Assembly: GCA_036264275.1 (NCBI GenBank)
Contig: DATARG010000164.1
Location: 1 to 37,268, forward strand
Reading direction: 5' to 3'
From: Candidatus Udaeobacter sp.
Lineage (GTDB): Bacteria; Verrucomicrobiota; Verrucomicrobiia; Chthoniobacterales; UBA10450
DNA length: 37,268 nucleotides
The first letter of the stretch is position 1. Each line of letters begins with the position of its first letter. The notes below the pieces were generated by a model, which was not told the origin of the DNA, did no database searches, and saw only the letters and a list, made by a program, of their open reading frames with translations. Made by a program: the position numbers and the translations under genes. This document shows, one piece after another, positions 1 through 9,797 of this stretch.

Positions 1-534
1 AGGGATACCGAGACCGTTCCACCCAAAGCCGGAGAAAACCCAGCCGCGCAACCATTCAAGCGCAGTCCACGCTGCCGCGACGATGAAAGCGAGCCGCAGG
101 TTACTCGTCGATTTTGTCCACGGCGATTGCGCCGCGGGCGCTGCGCTTCGGGCATGAACGAGCATCTGGTCCCATTTGCTTGCCAGTGGTATTTGCTTTT
201 TGCCTGCTCGTGGCCGTGCTAGGTCACAAAACCACGCCCAGATCGCGAAATATATCGCCATGTAAAACTCAAGGACAAACCAACCAAGAACGGTCACGGT
301 CGTTAGCCAGGAGAATACGATCCAGAAAAATGTCAGGCCGGCGACATAACCAAGAAGCAGATTTCGAAGCGACCGGTGACGTGACTTTGCACCCGAAAAC
401 CAAATTGCGGCGATAAGCGGGGTCAACGCGATCCAGCAGAACCAAGTCAGGTTAAATGGCGCGAAGCAAAACGCGTAAAGAACCCCGCTGCAGATTGCAG
501 CCAGCCACGGCCACATTGTCACTAATTTTTTCAT
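1..534 (-). CDS. lnt: apolipoprotein N-acyltransferase, N-terminal 178 codons (gene continues past the left edge)
   Basis: Absent from the ORF track because no stop lies in the window. Reverse-strand ATG at 534. Hand translation MKKLVTMWPWLAAICSGVLYAFCFAPFNLTWFCWIALTPLIAAIWF...AAAWTALEWLRGWVFSGFGWNGLGI gives a polytopic membrane N-terminus with Lnt-type FxPFNL and EWLRGW..GFxW segments. Confidence 0.7.
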   Translation of the reverse strand, partial: MKKLVTMWPWLAAICSGVLYAFCFAPFNLTWFCWIALTPLIAAIWFSGAKSRHRSLRNLLLGYVAGLTFFWIVFSWLTTVTVLGWFVLEFYMAIYFAIWAWFCDLARPRAGKKQIPLASKWDQMLVHARSAAPAAQSPWTKSTSNLRLAFIVAAAWTALEWLRGWVFSGFGWNGLGIP

Positions 535-658
535 CGACGTAGCAGAAGAATGATGCAAAGACGCGTGCGGACTCCAAAAGCTGCCGTGAAACTAACAAGG
601 CGCTCGCGGTGAATTTCGCACGGAGTGCTTTGGAGTGCGATGCGCCCTAGCATCGCTT

Positions 659-2815
659 TCATTTTGCCACTGCGTCGGGTTCCGCTCGGAGCCGCGACTC
701 GGCGTCCTTTCGCAGCCAATTCCAAAGATCGTCCAACTGTCTTTCAACTTCTGCTTTGATTCGGTCGAGGTCTGGGCTGGTGAATCTTTCGCTTCCGGGC
801 GGGCGGCGCGCAAAAAGGTAATATTTTATTTTCGGTTCCGTGCCTGACGGGCGCACCGCGATACGTGTGCCGTCTTCCAACTCAAGCATCAACATTTTCG
901 TCTTTGGAATCAAATCGCCTTCGACATCTCTGATTTCGTCCGTCTCGAAATTCTTAATGTTCGCCACTTTTGTGTGGAGTATCGCGGGGACCGGATTGGT
1001 CGCGTATGATTTCATCAAACTGTCGATCTTGTTTGCTCCTTCTGCGCCCTCAAAAACAAGCGAACTAGATTTCTCTGCGAAGTAACCGAACTGCGAATAA
1101 ATTTCGTCGAGCAACTGATCGACGGTTTGTCCACGCAATTTCGCGTATGCAGCCACTTCGCAAAACATGATTACTGCGCCGTTGCCATCCTTATCGCGAA
1201 CAAAGTCAGCGCCGCTGTAACCGTAGCTTTCTTCACCGCCGAACACGTAAAACGAAGAGTGTGTAAGGCGAAGCCGCCGCGTTTCGTTCTCAGCGAGATC
1301 CGCATAACTCTGTCGAAGTTGTTCGGGAATCGCGCGCTCGTAATTTGCGAGCTTCGCACCTATGTACTTAAAACCAGTCAAGGTTTCCACGCAGCGCACG
1401 CCGTAATGATCGGCAATCGCGTTTTGCAGATCGGTAGTGACGAAAGTTTTGATTATCACAGCGCGCGCTGCGTTTTGCTTCTTCAGGACGCCTTTGTCGA
1501 ACAGCGTCTTGATTCTATACCATGCCAGCAGCGAACCAATTTGGTTTCCAGTCAGCAATTTCATCTTGCCATCCCTGCTTCGAACCGCCACTCCCATGCG
1601 ATCGCAGTCCGGATCAGTCGCAGCGACGAGGTCGGCCTGTTCTTTTTCAGCAAGGTTGATCGCCATTGTTAGCGCTTCCCCGTATTCCGGGTTGGGCGAC
1701 TTCACCGTTGGAAAACGGCCATCGAAACAATCCTGCTCAGGCACGACTTGGAAATTGAGGCCGAGTCGAGTCAGCATCGGTTTGATGATTACCCTGCCGG
1801 TTCCGTGCAACGGCGTGTAAACGATCCGCAGCGATTTCGCCTCACGAATCACGCGAGGATCGAGGATCAATGTTTCGAGCCGGCGCATGTAAGCCTGGTC
1901 GATATCCTTTCCGATAACCGTGACCTTTCCTTGTTGCTCTTTAGGAAGTGGCGTAAAGGATTCGGTCGCGATCGCATTTACTTTGGTGATGATTCCGCTG
2001 GCGGCTGGTTCGATCACCTGCGCGCCATCATCGAAATAGGCTTTGTAGCCATTGTCGTGCGGCGGATTATGGCTCGCGGTGATTACGATCCCTGCGCTCG
2101 CGTGGAGATGGCGAACGGCAAACGAAAGCTCCGGTACGGACCGCGGACCATCGAACACGAAGGCATCGCAACCATTTTCGGCTGCGACTCTTGCCGCTAA
2201 CTCGGCGAATTCTTTCGAGAAAAATCGTGGGTCATGCGCAATCACGATTTTTGGCTTCGTCGAAATCCTTTCGCGCCGGTTGCAGTCCTGCAAGTAAGCA
2301 ACAAGTCCACGCGTTGCGCGATTGATGTTAAAGAAATTCATCGCATTCGTACCGACGCACGGGAATTCCGGTCGTTCGCCTTCGCGCGCGTTCCCGCGTT
2401 CTGCGGCGGTCACAATTTTACCGATGGTCCGCCCGCGCAGCCCACCCGTACCGAACGCGAGTGTCTGATAGAAACGATCGTTTACTTCCTGCCAGTCCAA
2501 ATTCCAGACTAGCTCCCTGACGGAGTTGAAATAGACATCCGTCGACGCGCCTGCCAACAGGTTGCGAATGTTCTTGGCCGACGATTCCATCAAGTATCCG
2601 TCACCGACCGCACGCTCGATTTGCGAATTTAGCGCTTCTACACTTGCCGGCATTGCTGCCAACTGTTCCGCCATGGCCGAGCTTTGCAAGCGTTCTATGA
2701 ATCCCGCGGATGCCGAGATAAGATCAAACAGTTCAGGCGAGTTGTTATGACTCAACGCTGCCTTGCTGTCAGCGCGATGATATGGCAGAAGATCAAGAGG
2801 TGAATCCGAAGACAT
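659..2815 (-). CDS. alpha-D-phosphohexomutase family protein (phosphoglucomutase/phosphomannomutase-like)
   Basis: 718-aa ORF with phosphoserine loop TASHNPPHDNGYK, metal loop DPDCDR and sugar loop GGEESYG. The ATG at 2815 overlaps the divergent TPR gene start by 34 nt; an alternative ATG lies at 2674. Confidence 0.88.
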   Translation of the reverse strand: MSSDSPLDLLPYHRADSKAALSHNNSPELFDLISASAGFIERLQSSAMAEQLAAMPASVEALNSQIERAVGDGYLMESSAKNIRNLLAGASTDVYFNSVRELVWNLDWQEVNDRFYQTLAFGTGGLRGRTIGKIVTAAERGNAREGERPEFPCVGTNAMNFFNINRATRGLVAYLQDCNRRERISTKPKIVIAHDPRFFSKEFAELAARVAAENGCDAFVFDGPRSVPELSFAVRHLHASAGIVITASHNPPHDNGYKAYFDDGAQVIEPAASGIITKVNAIATESFTPLPKEQQGKVTVIGKDIDQAYMRRLETLILDPRVIREAKSLRIVYTPLHGTGRVIIKPMLTRLGLNFQVVPEQDCFDGRFPTVKSPNPEYGEALTMAINLAEKEQADLVAATDPDCDRMGVAVRSRDGKMKLLTGNQIGSLLAWYRIKTLFDKGVLKKQNAARAVIIKTFVTTDLQNAIADHYGVRCVETLTGFKYIGAKLANYERAIPEQLRQSYADLAENETRRLRLTHSSFYVFGGEESYGYSGADFVRDKDGNGAVIMFCEVAAYAKLRGQTVDQLLDEIYSQFGYFAEKSSSLVFEGAEGANKIDSLMKSYATNPVPAILHTKVANIKNFETDEIRDVEGDLIPKTKMLMLELEDGTRIAVRPSGTEPKIKYYLFARRPPGSERFTSPDLDRIKAEVERQLDDLWNWLRKDAESRLRAEPDAVAK

Positions 2816-4833
2816 TCTTCGGCGAACTAAGGCGGCGCAACGTTTACAAAGTGGCGATCGCCTATGCCATGGCCGGCTGGGCGCTCTCTCAAGGAATCGC
2901 CCAGGTTTTTCCAGTGTTCGACGTTCCGAATTGGATCATCCGTTTGATCGTGTTGCTGATCATCATTGGATTACCGATTGCGCTTGTCCTGGCCTGGATG
3001 TTTGAGATCACGCCGCATGGAATCAAGCGCACTGAAACGGCCGACGCGATGCCGGCAACCTCGCGGCAAAATAAGCGCGCATGGATTTATGTGTTCGTCA
3101 TCGGCGGTCTTGCATCCATGGGCCTATTTTGTCTGGGCCGTTATACCGCGCCAAGCCTTTCGCCTCTACCCGCCAAGTCGATCGCGGTTCTCCCCTTCGA
3201 AAACCTGAGCGAAGACAAAGCGAACGCCTATTTCGCCGACGGCATCCAGGTGGAGATCCTGACGCGGCTGGCCAAAATCGCGGACTTGAAAGTGATCTCG
3301 CGCACTTCGACGCAGCAGTATCAGAGCAAACCGGCTGATCTTACCAAGATCGCGAAGCAGCTTGGCGTCGCGAACATTGTTGAAGGTAGCGTCCAAAAAA
3401 CAGCGGATCAGGTACGGGTCAATGTTCAGTTAGTCAATGTGCAAACGGACTCTGAGCTCTGGGCGGAAACCTACGATCGAAAGTTGACTGACATCTTTAG
3501 CGTGGAGAGTGACATCGCCAAACGAATCGCAGGATCCTTGCAAGCGAAGCTGAGCGGCCATGAGGAGCAAGCGTTGGCTGCCGCGCCGACGAACAATCCG
3601 AAAGCTTACGACGCGTATTTACGTGGGTTGCATTTTGAAGCTCTCAGCAACTACATGAGCGATGCGCTATTCAAAGCCATCGATTTTTATGGGCTGGCGG
3701 TCCAACTTGACCCAAATTTTGCGCTCGCTTGGGCGCGACTGTCAGGTGCGCATGCGCTTGTGTACTTTCTGCGCAACGATACTACTGCCGCTCGCCGCGA
3801 TGCAGCTAAAACAGCTTTGGACCATGCGCTGAAACTGCAGCCAGACTCACCCGAAACCCTGCTATTTTTGGGTTATTATCAATACTGGGTCTTGCGCGAT
3901 TATGGTCTGGCCAAAAGCACTTTCGAGCGTGTCAGCAAGATGTTGCCAGGCCGGAGCGAAGTTTTGTACGCCCTCGGCGCAGTTGCTGGACGCGAAGGAA
4001 ATTGGGATCAAAGCATTGCTTACTGGGAGCGCGCCCTGGCGCTCGATCCTCGGAATCCGGCGTTATTGGCTGAAGTGGCAGTTGCTTACGCGATGGTTCG
4101 ACAGTTCCCGGCCGCGCTAAAGCTCTACGACCAGGCACTGGATATCCTCCCTAACGAGCCGTCTACGATGGCGTTAAAGGCCAGCATCTACCAGGCGGAA
4201 GGTAACCTGCAAGAGGCTGCCAACGCGCTGATCCAAGTAAACGCAGAAACGCAATCCAACACGGCTGTTCGAATCAAGTTTACCCAATTGAGACTTGAAC
4301 GAGATTTCGCTGAGAGCAATCAACTCGTGCAGGTGCGACAGGCTAAACTGCGATTTACCGCCGGCATTGACAAGGGTGTCAAGGAGGTGGGGATCGCATT
4401 GTACCAACATCTGACTGGTGACACCGCTCATGCAAAAGTGACTGCTGAACAGGCGCGGAACACACTCCAGCCACTTGGCAAGGACCAACCGGACAACGCT
4501 TTCATCGCGGCCGCGCTGGCGGTAGCTGATGCCATACTTGGCGAAAAGGCGTCCGCCATCGACGAAGCGCAACGTGCAGTTGCGCTTTTGCCCAGTAGCA
4601 AAGATCGAGTGTCCGGGCCAGGCTTTGAAGAGAACCTGGCGCTAGTCGACATGATGATTGGCAAGAATAGTCGTGCGATATCAATTCTTACACAGTTGTT
4701 ACAAACGCCGTATGGCGGCTGGCTCTATAGCCCGTGCCCCATCACGCCAGCTCTGTTAAGGCTCGATCCAATCTGGGATCCTTTGCGCGCCAATCCGGCC
4801 TTTCGAAAACTCTACGACCAAAAGCAGCCTTGA
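2782..4833 (+). CDS. membrane-anchored TPR-repeat protein with TolB-N-like domain
   Basis: 683-aa ORF. N-terminal RRRNVYKVAIAYAMAGWAL plus TM helices, then SIAVLPFENLSEDKANAYFADGIQVEILTRL (TolB-N/CsgG-like module), then repeated TPR-like A..Y..AL.LDP segments. Confidence 0.7.
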   Translation: MAEDQEVNPKTFFGELRRRNVYKVAIAYAMAGWALSQGIAQVFPVFDVPNWIIRLIVLLIIIGLPIALVLAWMFEITPHGIKRTETADAMPATSRQNKRAWIYVFVIGGLASMGLFCLGRYTAPSLSPLPAKSIAVLPFENLSEDKANAYFADGIQVEILTRLAKIADLKVISRTSTQQYQSKPADLTKIAKQLGVANIVEGSVQKTADQVRVNVQLVNVQTDSELWAETYDRKLTDIFSVESDIAKRIAGSLQAKLSGHEEQALAAAPTNNPKAYDAYLRGLHFEALSNYMSDALFKAIDFYGLAVQLDPNFALAWARLSGAHALVYFLRNDTTAARRDAAKTALDHALKLQPDSPETLLFLGYYQYWVLRDYGLAKSTFERVSKMLPGRSEVLYALGAVAGREGNWDQSIAYWERALALDPRNPALLAEVAVAYAMVRQFPAALKLYDQALDILPNEPSTMALKASIYQAEGNLQEAANALIQVNAETQSNTAVRIKFTQLRLERDFAESNQLVQVRQAKLRFTAGIDKGVKEVGIALYQHLTGDTAHAKVTAEQARNTLQPLGKDQPDNAFIAAALAVADAILGEKASAIDEAQRAVALLPSSKDRVSGPGFEENLALVDMMIGKNSRAISILTQLLQTPYGGWLYSPCPITPALLRLDPIWDPLRANPAFRKLYDQKQP

Positions 4834-4915
4834 ACTCGCGTGTTTCTTCAATCGAATCCACAGATAGCTTACGATTCATTGCCTTGATCGTTAGTCTAGA
4901 CACCAGCGATCTACT

Positions 4916-5854
4916 TCAGGTTGCACAGGGCACGTTGTCAGACTGAATTGCCAATCGACATATCAGTGCTGCCGCGGCAATATCCTCCACCGCCATTCCT
5001 AACGACTTAAAGATTGTTGTTTCATTTGCTCGCGTCGGGACCTTACCGGCGAGCGCTTCGCCGAGTTCTGCATAGATTTTCGCGCGGGAAAGAATCACGT
5101 CGCCCGATTCTTTCATCGCTCCTTCTCGTGAATCAACGAAGACAACACTGGCCATCGCTTCATCGTCAAGCTCGCGCCAGTCCGGCCGGCATGCTCCGAC
5201 TGCATTTACATGACAACCGGGTTTCAGCCAACTTCCACGAAGCACAGGCGTGTTAGAGCTAGTCACAGTCACAATCACATCAGCGTCCCGCGCTGCTTTT
5301 TCAGCGGGCATTGCCGTGGCGCCAATTTCCTGTGCGAACTGGCTTGCGTGCTCAGGCGTGGGACTCCAGACGCGAATTTCTTCAAATCGCCTAACAAGAC
5401 GCAGGGCTTCTGCATGGCTACGCGCTTGCACGCCGCTTCCGAGAATGGCGAGAACTTTCGCAGCAGGCGATGCGAGCAGTTTCGTCGCTACGGCAGATAC
5501 AGCCGCGGTCCGCATCTCGGTAATTAACCGACCGTCCATTATCGCGAGCGACGTTCCTGTTTGTGGATCGACAAGAAAAATCGTCGCCATGTGTGTCGGG
5601 ATATCGCGCTCGACGTTTGATGGGTAGAACGTTACTGCCTTCAATCCGAGCCCATCTGGAGTATGTGCCGGCATTAAACCGAGGAATCCAGTCGCCGCGC
5701 CAACATCGATTTTGATGACCGACCGCACCGGCTGAGTTACTTTGCCAGCAGAGAAATCGATCAGAGCTTTCTCCATCGCGGGAATCAGCTCGGTCATTCG
5801 GAGATGTTCTCGAACTTGTTCTTCGTTGAGGAAAAGCGGCTGATCAGTTTTCAT
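4916..5854 (-). CDS. ornithine cyclodeaminase / mu-crystallin family protein
   Basis: 312-aa ORF of typical family length, with a Rossmann loop ILGSGVQARSHAEAL and family-like N-terminus LNEEQVREHLRMTELIPAMEKAL. Confidence 0.8.
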   Translation of the reverse strand: MKTDQPLFLNEEQVREHLRMTELIPAMEKALIDFSAGKVTQPVRSVIKIDVGAATGFLGLMPAHTPDGLGLKAVTFYPSNVERDIPTHMATIFLVDPQTGTSLAIMDGRLITEMRTAAVSAVATKLLASPAAKVLAILGSGVQARSHAEALRLVRRFEEIRVWSPTPEHASQFAQEIGATAMPAEKAARDADVIVTVTSSNTPVLRGSWLKPGCHVNAVGACRPDWRELDDEAMASVVFVDSREGAMKESGDVILSRAKIYAELGEALAGKVPTRANETTIFKSLGMAVEDIAAAALICRLAIQSDNVPCAT

Positions 5855-5868
5855 GACGAGTCCGCAGC

Positions 5869-6726
5869 TTAAGATTTCGTCGCGATCGCGTAGAGAACAT
5901 TTGTTTCCACGGCTGAAATCTCTTCGTCGCGAATAAAGGCTAGGTTAGCTTCTTTGACCTTTTCTCGCTCTGCTGGGCTTAACTGTTCGATTGTTCCGCG
6001 ATAGCCAGAACCTAAAACGATTGTCCACCAATCCTCACCCGACCCAATGGGGTGAAAACGATCTTCACGAGTGATTGTTGGTGATGCGATTCCGGCTTGA
6101 TCAAAAACGCTGCGAAGGCTTGCCGGGCTATCAATTCGATCCCACGGATTAAAGCCTTTGTGTAGATCAGGTCGTATATTCCTTATCAAGCGCCAGAATG
6201 CATCGCTCGCCGGCTTGCAGAAGTTTGATGCCCATGTAGTCACGGCCAGTTTGCCGCCCGGTCGAACCCGACTCCAGAGCTCGCTCACAGCCTTTGCCAT
6301 ATCCGGCACAAAGAAAATTCCGAACACGCATATGACGCCATCAAAACTTGCCGCAGGAAACCTTAGCGAAAGCATATCGCCGATTTCGAATTCGATGTTG
6401 TCCAGACGCCTTTTAACTCCTTTCGTTCGCGCCAATTCCAAAAGCTGCTCTGCAAGGTCAATTCCTATAACTTTGCCGGTTTGTCCGACTACCTCTGCAG
6501 CTGGCAAGGCAGAAGCTCCCGTGCCACAACAAACATCGAGCACTCGCGAACCACTTGGGAGTGAGGCCAGCTCGATCGTTCGACGTCCGAAATAGTCCCA
6601 GAAACTGAGTGGCGATGCATCGAAACAATCGGCCGCTGCGTTGTAGGTAAAGGCAGCGCGATCTTGCGCATCCTCCGGTATGTTTGCTTTCATTCTAATT
6701 TGGGTGGTATTCGATTGAAAACGCAT
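5869..6726 (-). CDS. class I SAM-dependent methyltransferase
   Basis: 285-aa ORF with motif I VLDVCCGTGASAL and post-I IGIDLAE. Its ATG shares the palindrome GCATGC with the divergent FAD gene ATG. Alternative ATG at 6693. Confidence 0.8.
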   Translation of the reverse strand: MRFQSNTTQIRMKANIPEDAQDRAAFTYNAAADCFDASPLSFWDYFGRRTIELASLPSGSRVLDVCCGTGASALPAAEVVGQTGKVIGIDLAEQLLELARTKGVKRRLDNIEFEIGDMLSLRFPAASFDGVICVFGIFFVPDMAKAVSELWSRVRPGGKLAVTTWASNFCKPASDAFWRLIRNIRPDLHKGFNPWDRIDSPASLRSVFDQAGIASPTITREDRFHPIGSGEDWWTIVLGSGYRGTIEQLSPAEREKVKEANLAFIRDEEISAVETNVLYAIATKS

Positions 6727-7960
6727 GCCTGAAAAACTGCAAACGCGCTGTCTGATCGCCGGCGGCGGGCCCGCAGGAATGATGGCTGGCTACCTGTTCG
6801 CCCGAGCGGGCATTCCCGTGATCGTTTTGGAAAAACACGCCGATTTCTTTCGCGATTTTCGCGGTGACACGATTCACCCGTCCACGCTCGAATTGATGTA
6901 CGAGCTGGGGTTCCTGGGCGAATTTCTTAAACAGCCGCATCAGGAAGCTCGAGAACTGCGCGCTGTCATCAACGGTCAGACCGTGCCGATCGCCGATCTC
7001 ACGAAGTTGCCTACGCGCTGCAAATTCATCGCGTTTATGCCACAGTGGGATTTTCTCAATTTCCTTTCTACGCGAGCAAAAGAATTTCGCGGTTTCCAAC
7101 TGCTGATGCAGCATGAAGTAATCGATCTCACGTTCGATGAACAGCGCGTCACCGGCGTGCGCGTGAAAACTCCAGGAGGTGAACTGGAAATCCATGCGGA
7201 CCTGATCATCGGCGCGGATGGACGGCATTCCATTGTTCAATCGCGCGCTGGACTCGAGCGACAAGAGTTCGGCGCTCCGATCGACGTTCTCTGGATGCGC
7301 GTCTCGAAGAAACAAGACGATCCAAAGCAATCGTTCGGTTTTTTTCAGCAAGGGAAACTCCTCGTATTGCTTGATCGGGGCGATTACTGGCAGTGCGGAC
7401 TCGTTATTCCCAAGGGCGGCTTCGATGAAATCAAAACGCGCGGGTTAGAACAATTTCAAAAAGACGTCGCGAGTTTCGCCGGGTTTCTGCGTGACCGTGT
7501 GTCAGAGCTTGATGACTGGTCCAAAATCAAATTGCTGACCGTGCAAATTAATCGCTTGCGCGATTGGTGCCGCGACGGGCTGCTTTGTATCGGCGATTCT
7601 GCGCATGCGATGTCACCGGCAGGCGGCGTGGGCATCAATCTCGCCATTCAGGATGCCGTCGCGACTGCTAATTTGCTCGCCGAAAAACTGCGAACTGGTC
7701 CGGTTTCCGTGAAAGATCTGCGCAAGGTACAGGCACGCCGAGAATGGCCGACGCGACTCATTCAGGCAATGCAGGTTTTCATTCATCGGCGCGTCGTGAC
7801 TGGCCGAACATCAGATCCAAAAGGGTCGTTGCCTTTTGTGTTTCGTTTAGTGAAATGGTTTCCAGTTCTGCGACAAATTCCAGCGCGCTTCATCGGCATC
7901 GGACCACGCCCAGAGCATTTTCGCGGTCCGACCGCTCGACAAAACGTTGGCGTGTCGTGA
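6725..7960 (+). CDS. FAD-dependent monooxygenase/oxidoreductase (UbiH/PHBH-like)
   Basis: 411-aa ORF with dinucleotide fold IAGGGPAGMMAG...VLEK and the FAD fingerprint GDSAHAMSPAGGVGINLAIQDA. Confidence 0.85.
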   Translation: MPEKLQTRCLIAGGGPAGMMAGYLFARAGIPVIVLEKHADFFRDFRGDTIHPSTLELMYELGFLGEFLKQPHQEARELRAVINGQTVPIADLTKLPTRCKFIAFMPQWDFLNFLSTRAKEFRGFQLLMQHEVIDLTFDEQRVTGVRVKTPGGELEIHADLIIGADGRHSIVQSRAGLERQEFGAPIDVLWMRVSKKQDDPKQSFGFFQQGKLLVLLDRGDYWQCGLVIPKGGFDEIKTRGLEQFQKDVASFAGFLRDRVSELDDWSKIKLLTVQINRLRDWCRDGLLCIGDSAHAMSPAGGVGINLAIQDAVATANLLAEKLRTGPVSVKDLRKVQARREWPTRLIQAMQVFIHRRVVTGRTSDPKGSLPFVFRLVKWFPVLRQIPARFIGIGPRPEHFRGPTARQNVGVS

Positions 7961-8708
7961 AGCTGCTGGGGTCGTACGGCGTACCAAATATGAAAGATTG
8001 AAACCTGAATCGTCTTCTATCGTCGTGTCTCCAGAAGTTCCATTCCCTTCCACTGATCCCCGAGTTTCACGCGTGCTCAGTGCTGTGGAATTCTTGCTCG
8101 GTGCTTTCATCGTAATTGGTCACAACGTTTTCCGCATTGTCCCAAACGAAGTGATCATTCTTTCCGTACTCGGTTTGGTGTCGATTCGGCTGCGCGATAG
8201 GAGCTGGTCGTCAATGGGTTTGAAACGACCGGCCTCATGGAGGCGGGTCATTCTAATTGCGCTTGTCGCTGCGGCCTTGCGCATCTTGCTCGGACAATTC
8301 GTAATCGAGCCTGTGACCGGCATTTTTTGGCCGAAACCGGTCGCGCCCGCATTGGCAAACGAGATCACCGGGAACATCAAGATCGCATTAGTTGCTTTAT
8401 TGGTGGTGTGGACGTTTGCCGCTTTTGGCGAGGAAATCGCGTACCGGGGATATCTCCTGACGCGTGCAGCTGACATTGGAAAACGATCCGCAGTGGCTTA
8501 TTGGATTGGGATTGTGCTCGTTTCGATCTTGTTTGGTTACGGGCATTATTACAAAGGTGCGTCTGGTATGATCGATTCCGGCGTTGCAGGATTGATCCTG
8601 GGAGCAGCTTACATGGTGGCCGGTCGCAACCTGTGGCCCTGCATTTTGGCTCACGGATTCATTGACACATTCGCAGTTATCGACGCCTTTTTCGGATGGT
8701 CGAGCTAG
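7947..8708 (+). CDS. CPBP family intramembrane glutamic endopeptidase (CAAX protease-like)
   Basis: Polytopic ORF with motifs EEIAYRGYL, FGYGHYY and HGFID. The track start is TTG 7947. In-frame TTG 7998 or GTG 8025 are equally possible, so the start is uncertain. Confidence 0.72.
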   Translation: MACREAAGVVRRTKYERLKPESSSIVVSPEVPFPSTDPRVSRVLSAVEFLLGAFIVIGHNVFRIVPNEVIILSVLGLVSIRLRDRSWSSMGLKRPASWRRVILIALVAAALRILLGQFVIEPVTGIFWPKPVAPALANEITGNIKIALVALLVVWTFAAFGEEIAYRGYLLTRAADIGKRSAVAYWIGIVLVSILFGYGHYYKGASGMIDSGVAGLILGAAYMVAGRNLWPCILAHGFIDTFAVIDAFFGWSS

Positions 8709-9652
8709 TTGGATCACTCAACCTGGAAAAGATCCGCGCAGCGCATGAACGGATTCGCCCATACATTCATCGCACACCCATCCTGACGAATTCATGGCTG
8801 AACGACGCGTGCAGTGCGTCATTGTTCTTTAAGTGCGAAAATTTTCAGAAGATCGGTGCCTTCAAGGCACGAGGAGCAACCAATGCCGTTTTTGCGCTTG
8901 ATGACGAAACTGCGCGATTCGGCGTGGCAACGCATTCTTCCGGTAACCATGGCGCTGCGGTTGCGCGCGCGGCGAAATTGCGGGACATTGCGGCGCACAT
9001 CGTGATGCCCTCAAATTCGGCGAAGGTGAAGATCCGCGCAGTGGAGAGCTATGGGGCGCAGGTTGTCTTTTGCGAACCAACAGAGCAGTCGCGGGAGATC
9101 AGATGCGCAGAGGTGATCGACCGAACTGGCGCGACGTTGATTCACTCATTCGAAAATGAGCACGTGATAGCGGGGCAGGGGACAGCGGCGATGGAGTTGC
9201 TGGAAGATATTGCCGATCTTGATGTGATCATGTGCCCCGTGGGCGGTGGCGGTTTGCTTTCGGGTACAGCGATCGCCGCGAAATCGATGCGGCCACAGAT
9301 AAAAGTGATCGCGGTTGAGCCTGAGAATGCTGATGATGCGGCGCAATCTTTTCGTGCAGGCCGACGGCTCGTCACTGAAAAGAAGTTCACCATCGCCGAT
9401 GGTCTGCGCACGAACGTTGGCGAACCAAACTTTGCGATCATTCAGCAATATGTGGACGACATTGTGACCGTAAGCGAGGAAGGAATCGTTTCAGCAATGC
9501 GCGCGATTTGGGAGACTATGAAGATCGTTATTGAACCGTCCGCTGCAGTGCCATATGCGACGATTCAAGAATCGAAGATGGATGTTAGTAATCAAAGTGT
9601 CGGTATCATTCTGACGGGCGGCAACGTAGATCTGGATGCGCTCCCTTGGTAA
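8696..9652 (+). CDS. PLP-dependent threonine/serine dehydratase or serine racemase-like enzyme (fold type II)
   Basis: 318-aa ORF with PLP-lysine motif FKCENFQKIGAFKARGA and glycine loop PVGGGGLLSG. Confidence 0.85.
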   Translation: MVELVGSLNLEKIRAAHERIRPYIHRTPILTNSWLNDACSASLFFKCENFQKIGAFKARGATNAVFALDDETARFGVATHSSGNHGAAVARAAKLRDIAAHIVMPSNSAKVKIRAVESYGAQVVFCEPTEQSREIRCAEVIDRTGATLIHSFENEHVIAGQGTAAMELLEDIADLDVIMCPVGGGGLLSGTAIAAKSMRPQIKVIAVEPENADDAAQSFRAGRRLVTEKKFTIADGLRTNVGEPNFAIIQQYVDDIVTVSEEGIVSAMRAIWETMKIVIEPSAAVPYATIQESKMDVSNQSVGIILTGGNVDLDALPW

Positions 9653-9771
9653 CGGAACGCCTGGCGCGACGCAGGCGCATTCAATGGGGCACAGCGCATC
9701 TCACGGCATGGGTTCAATGGGCCACGGGGTGGCCGTTTCCGGTAGGCAATTCACATTCAAGCCACCGCACG

Positions 9772-9797
9772 GCCGGAACGAAAATCCGGCGCGTTTT
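9772..9797 (+). terminator. possible intrinsic terminator between convergent genes
   Basis: GCCGGA-acgaaaa-TCCGGC hairpin (9772-9790) followed by GCGTTTT. It lies downstream of the dehydratase gene and its T-run touches the stop of the convergent PHP-GT4 gene. The stem is short (6 bp). Confidence 0.3.

Noticed and set aside
114-416. 100-aa plus-strand ORF at the left edge
   Set aside because: It is antisense to the partial lnt CDS, which has clear family features. Its composition is basic and serine/arginine-rich.
2782-2815. 34-nt overlap of the divergent phosphohexomutase and TPR gene starts, as a possible regulatory curiosity
   Set aside because: It is most simply explained by an over-extended start call. 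An in-frame ATG at 2674 removes the overlap.
6695-7351. 218-aa minus-strand ORF, and similar long antisense ORFs (1127..1672, 14784..15284, 26562..27086, 32298..32855, 27261..27743)
   Set aside because: They are fully antisense to ORFs with clear family motifs, have R/S/A-rich composition and no recognisable motifs. This is typical shadow ORF behaviour at this GC content.
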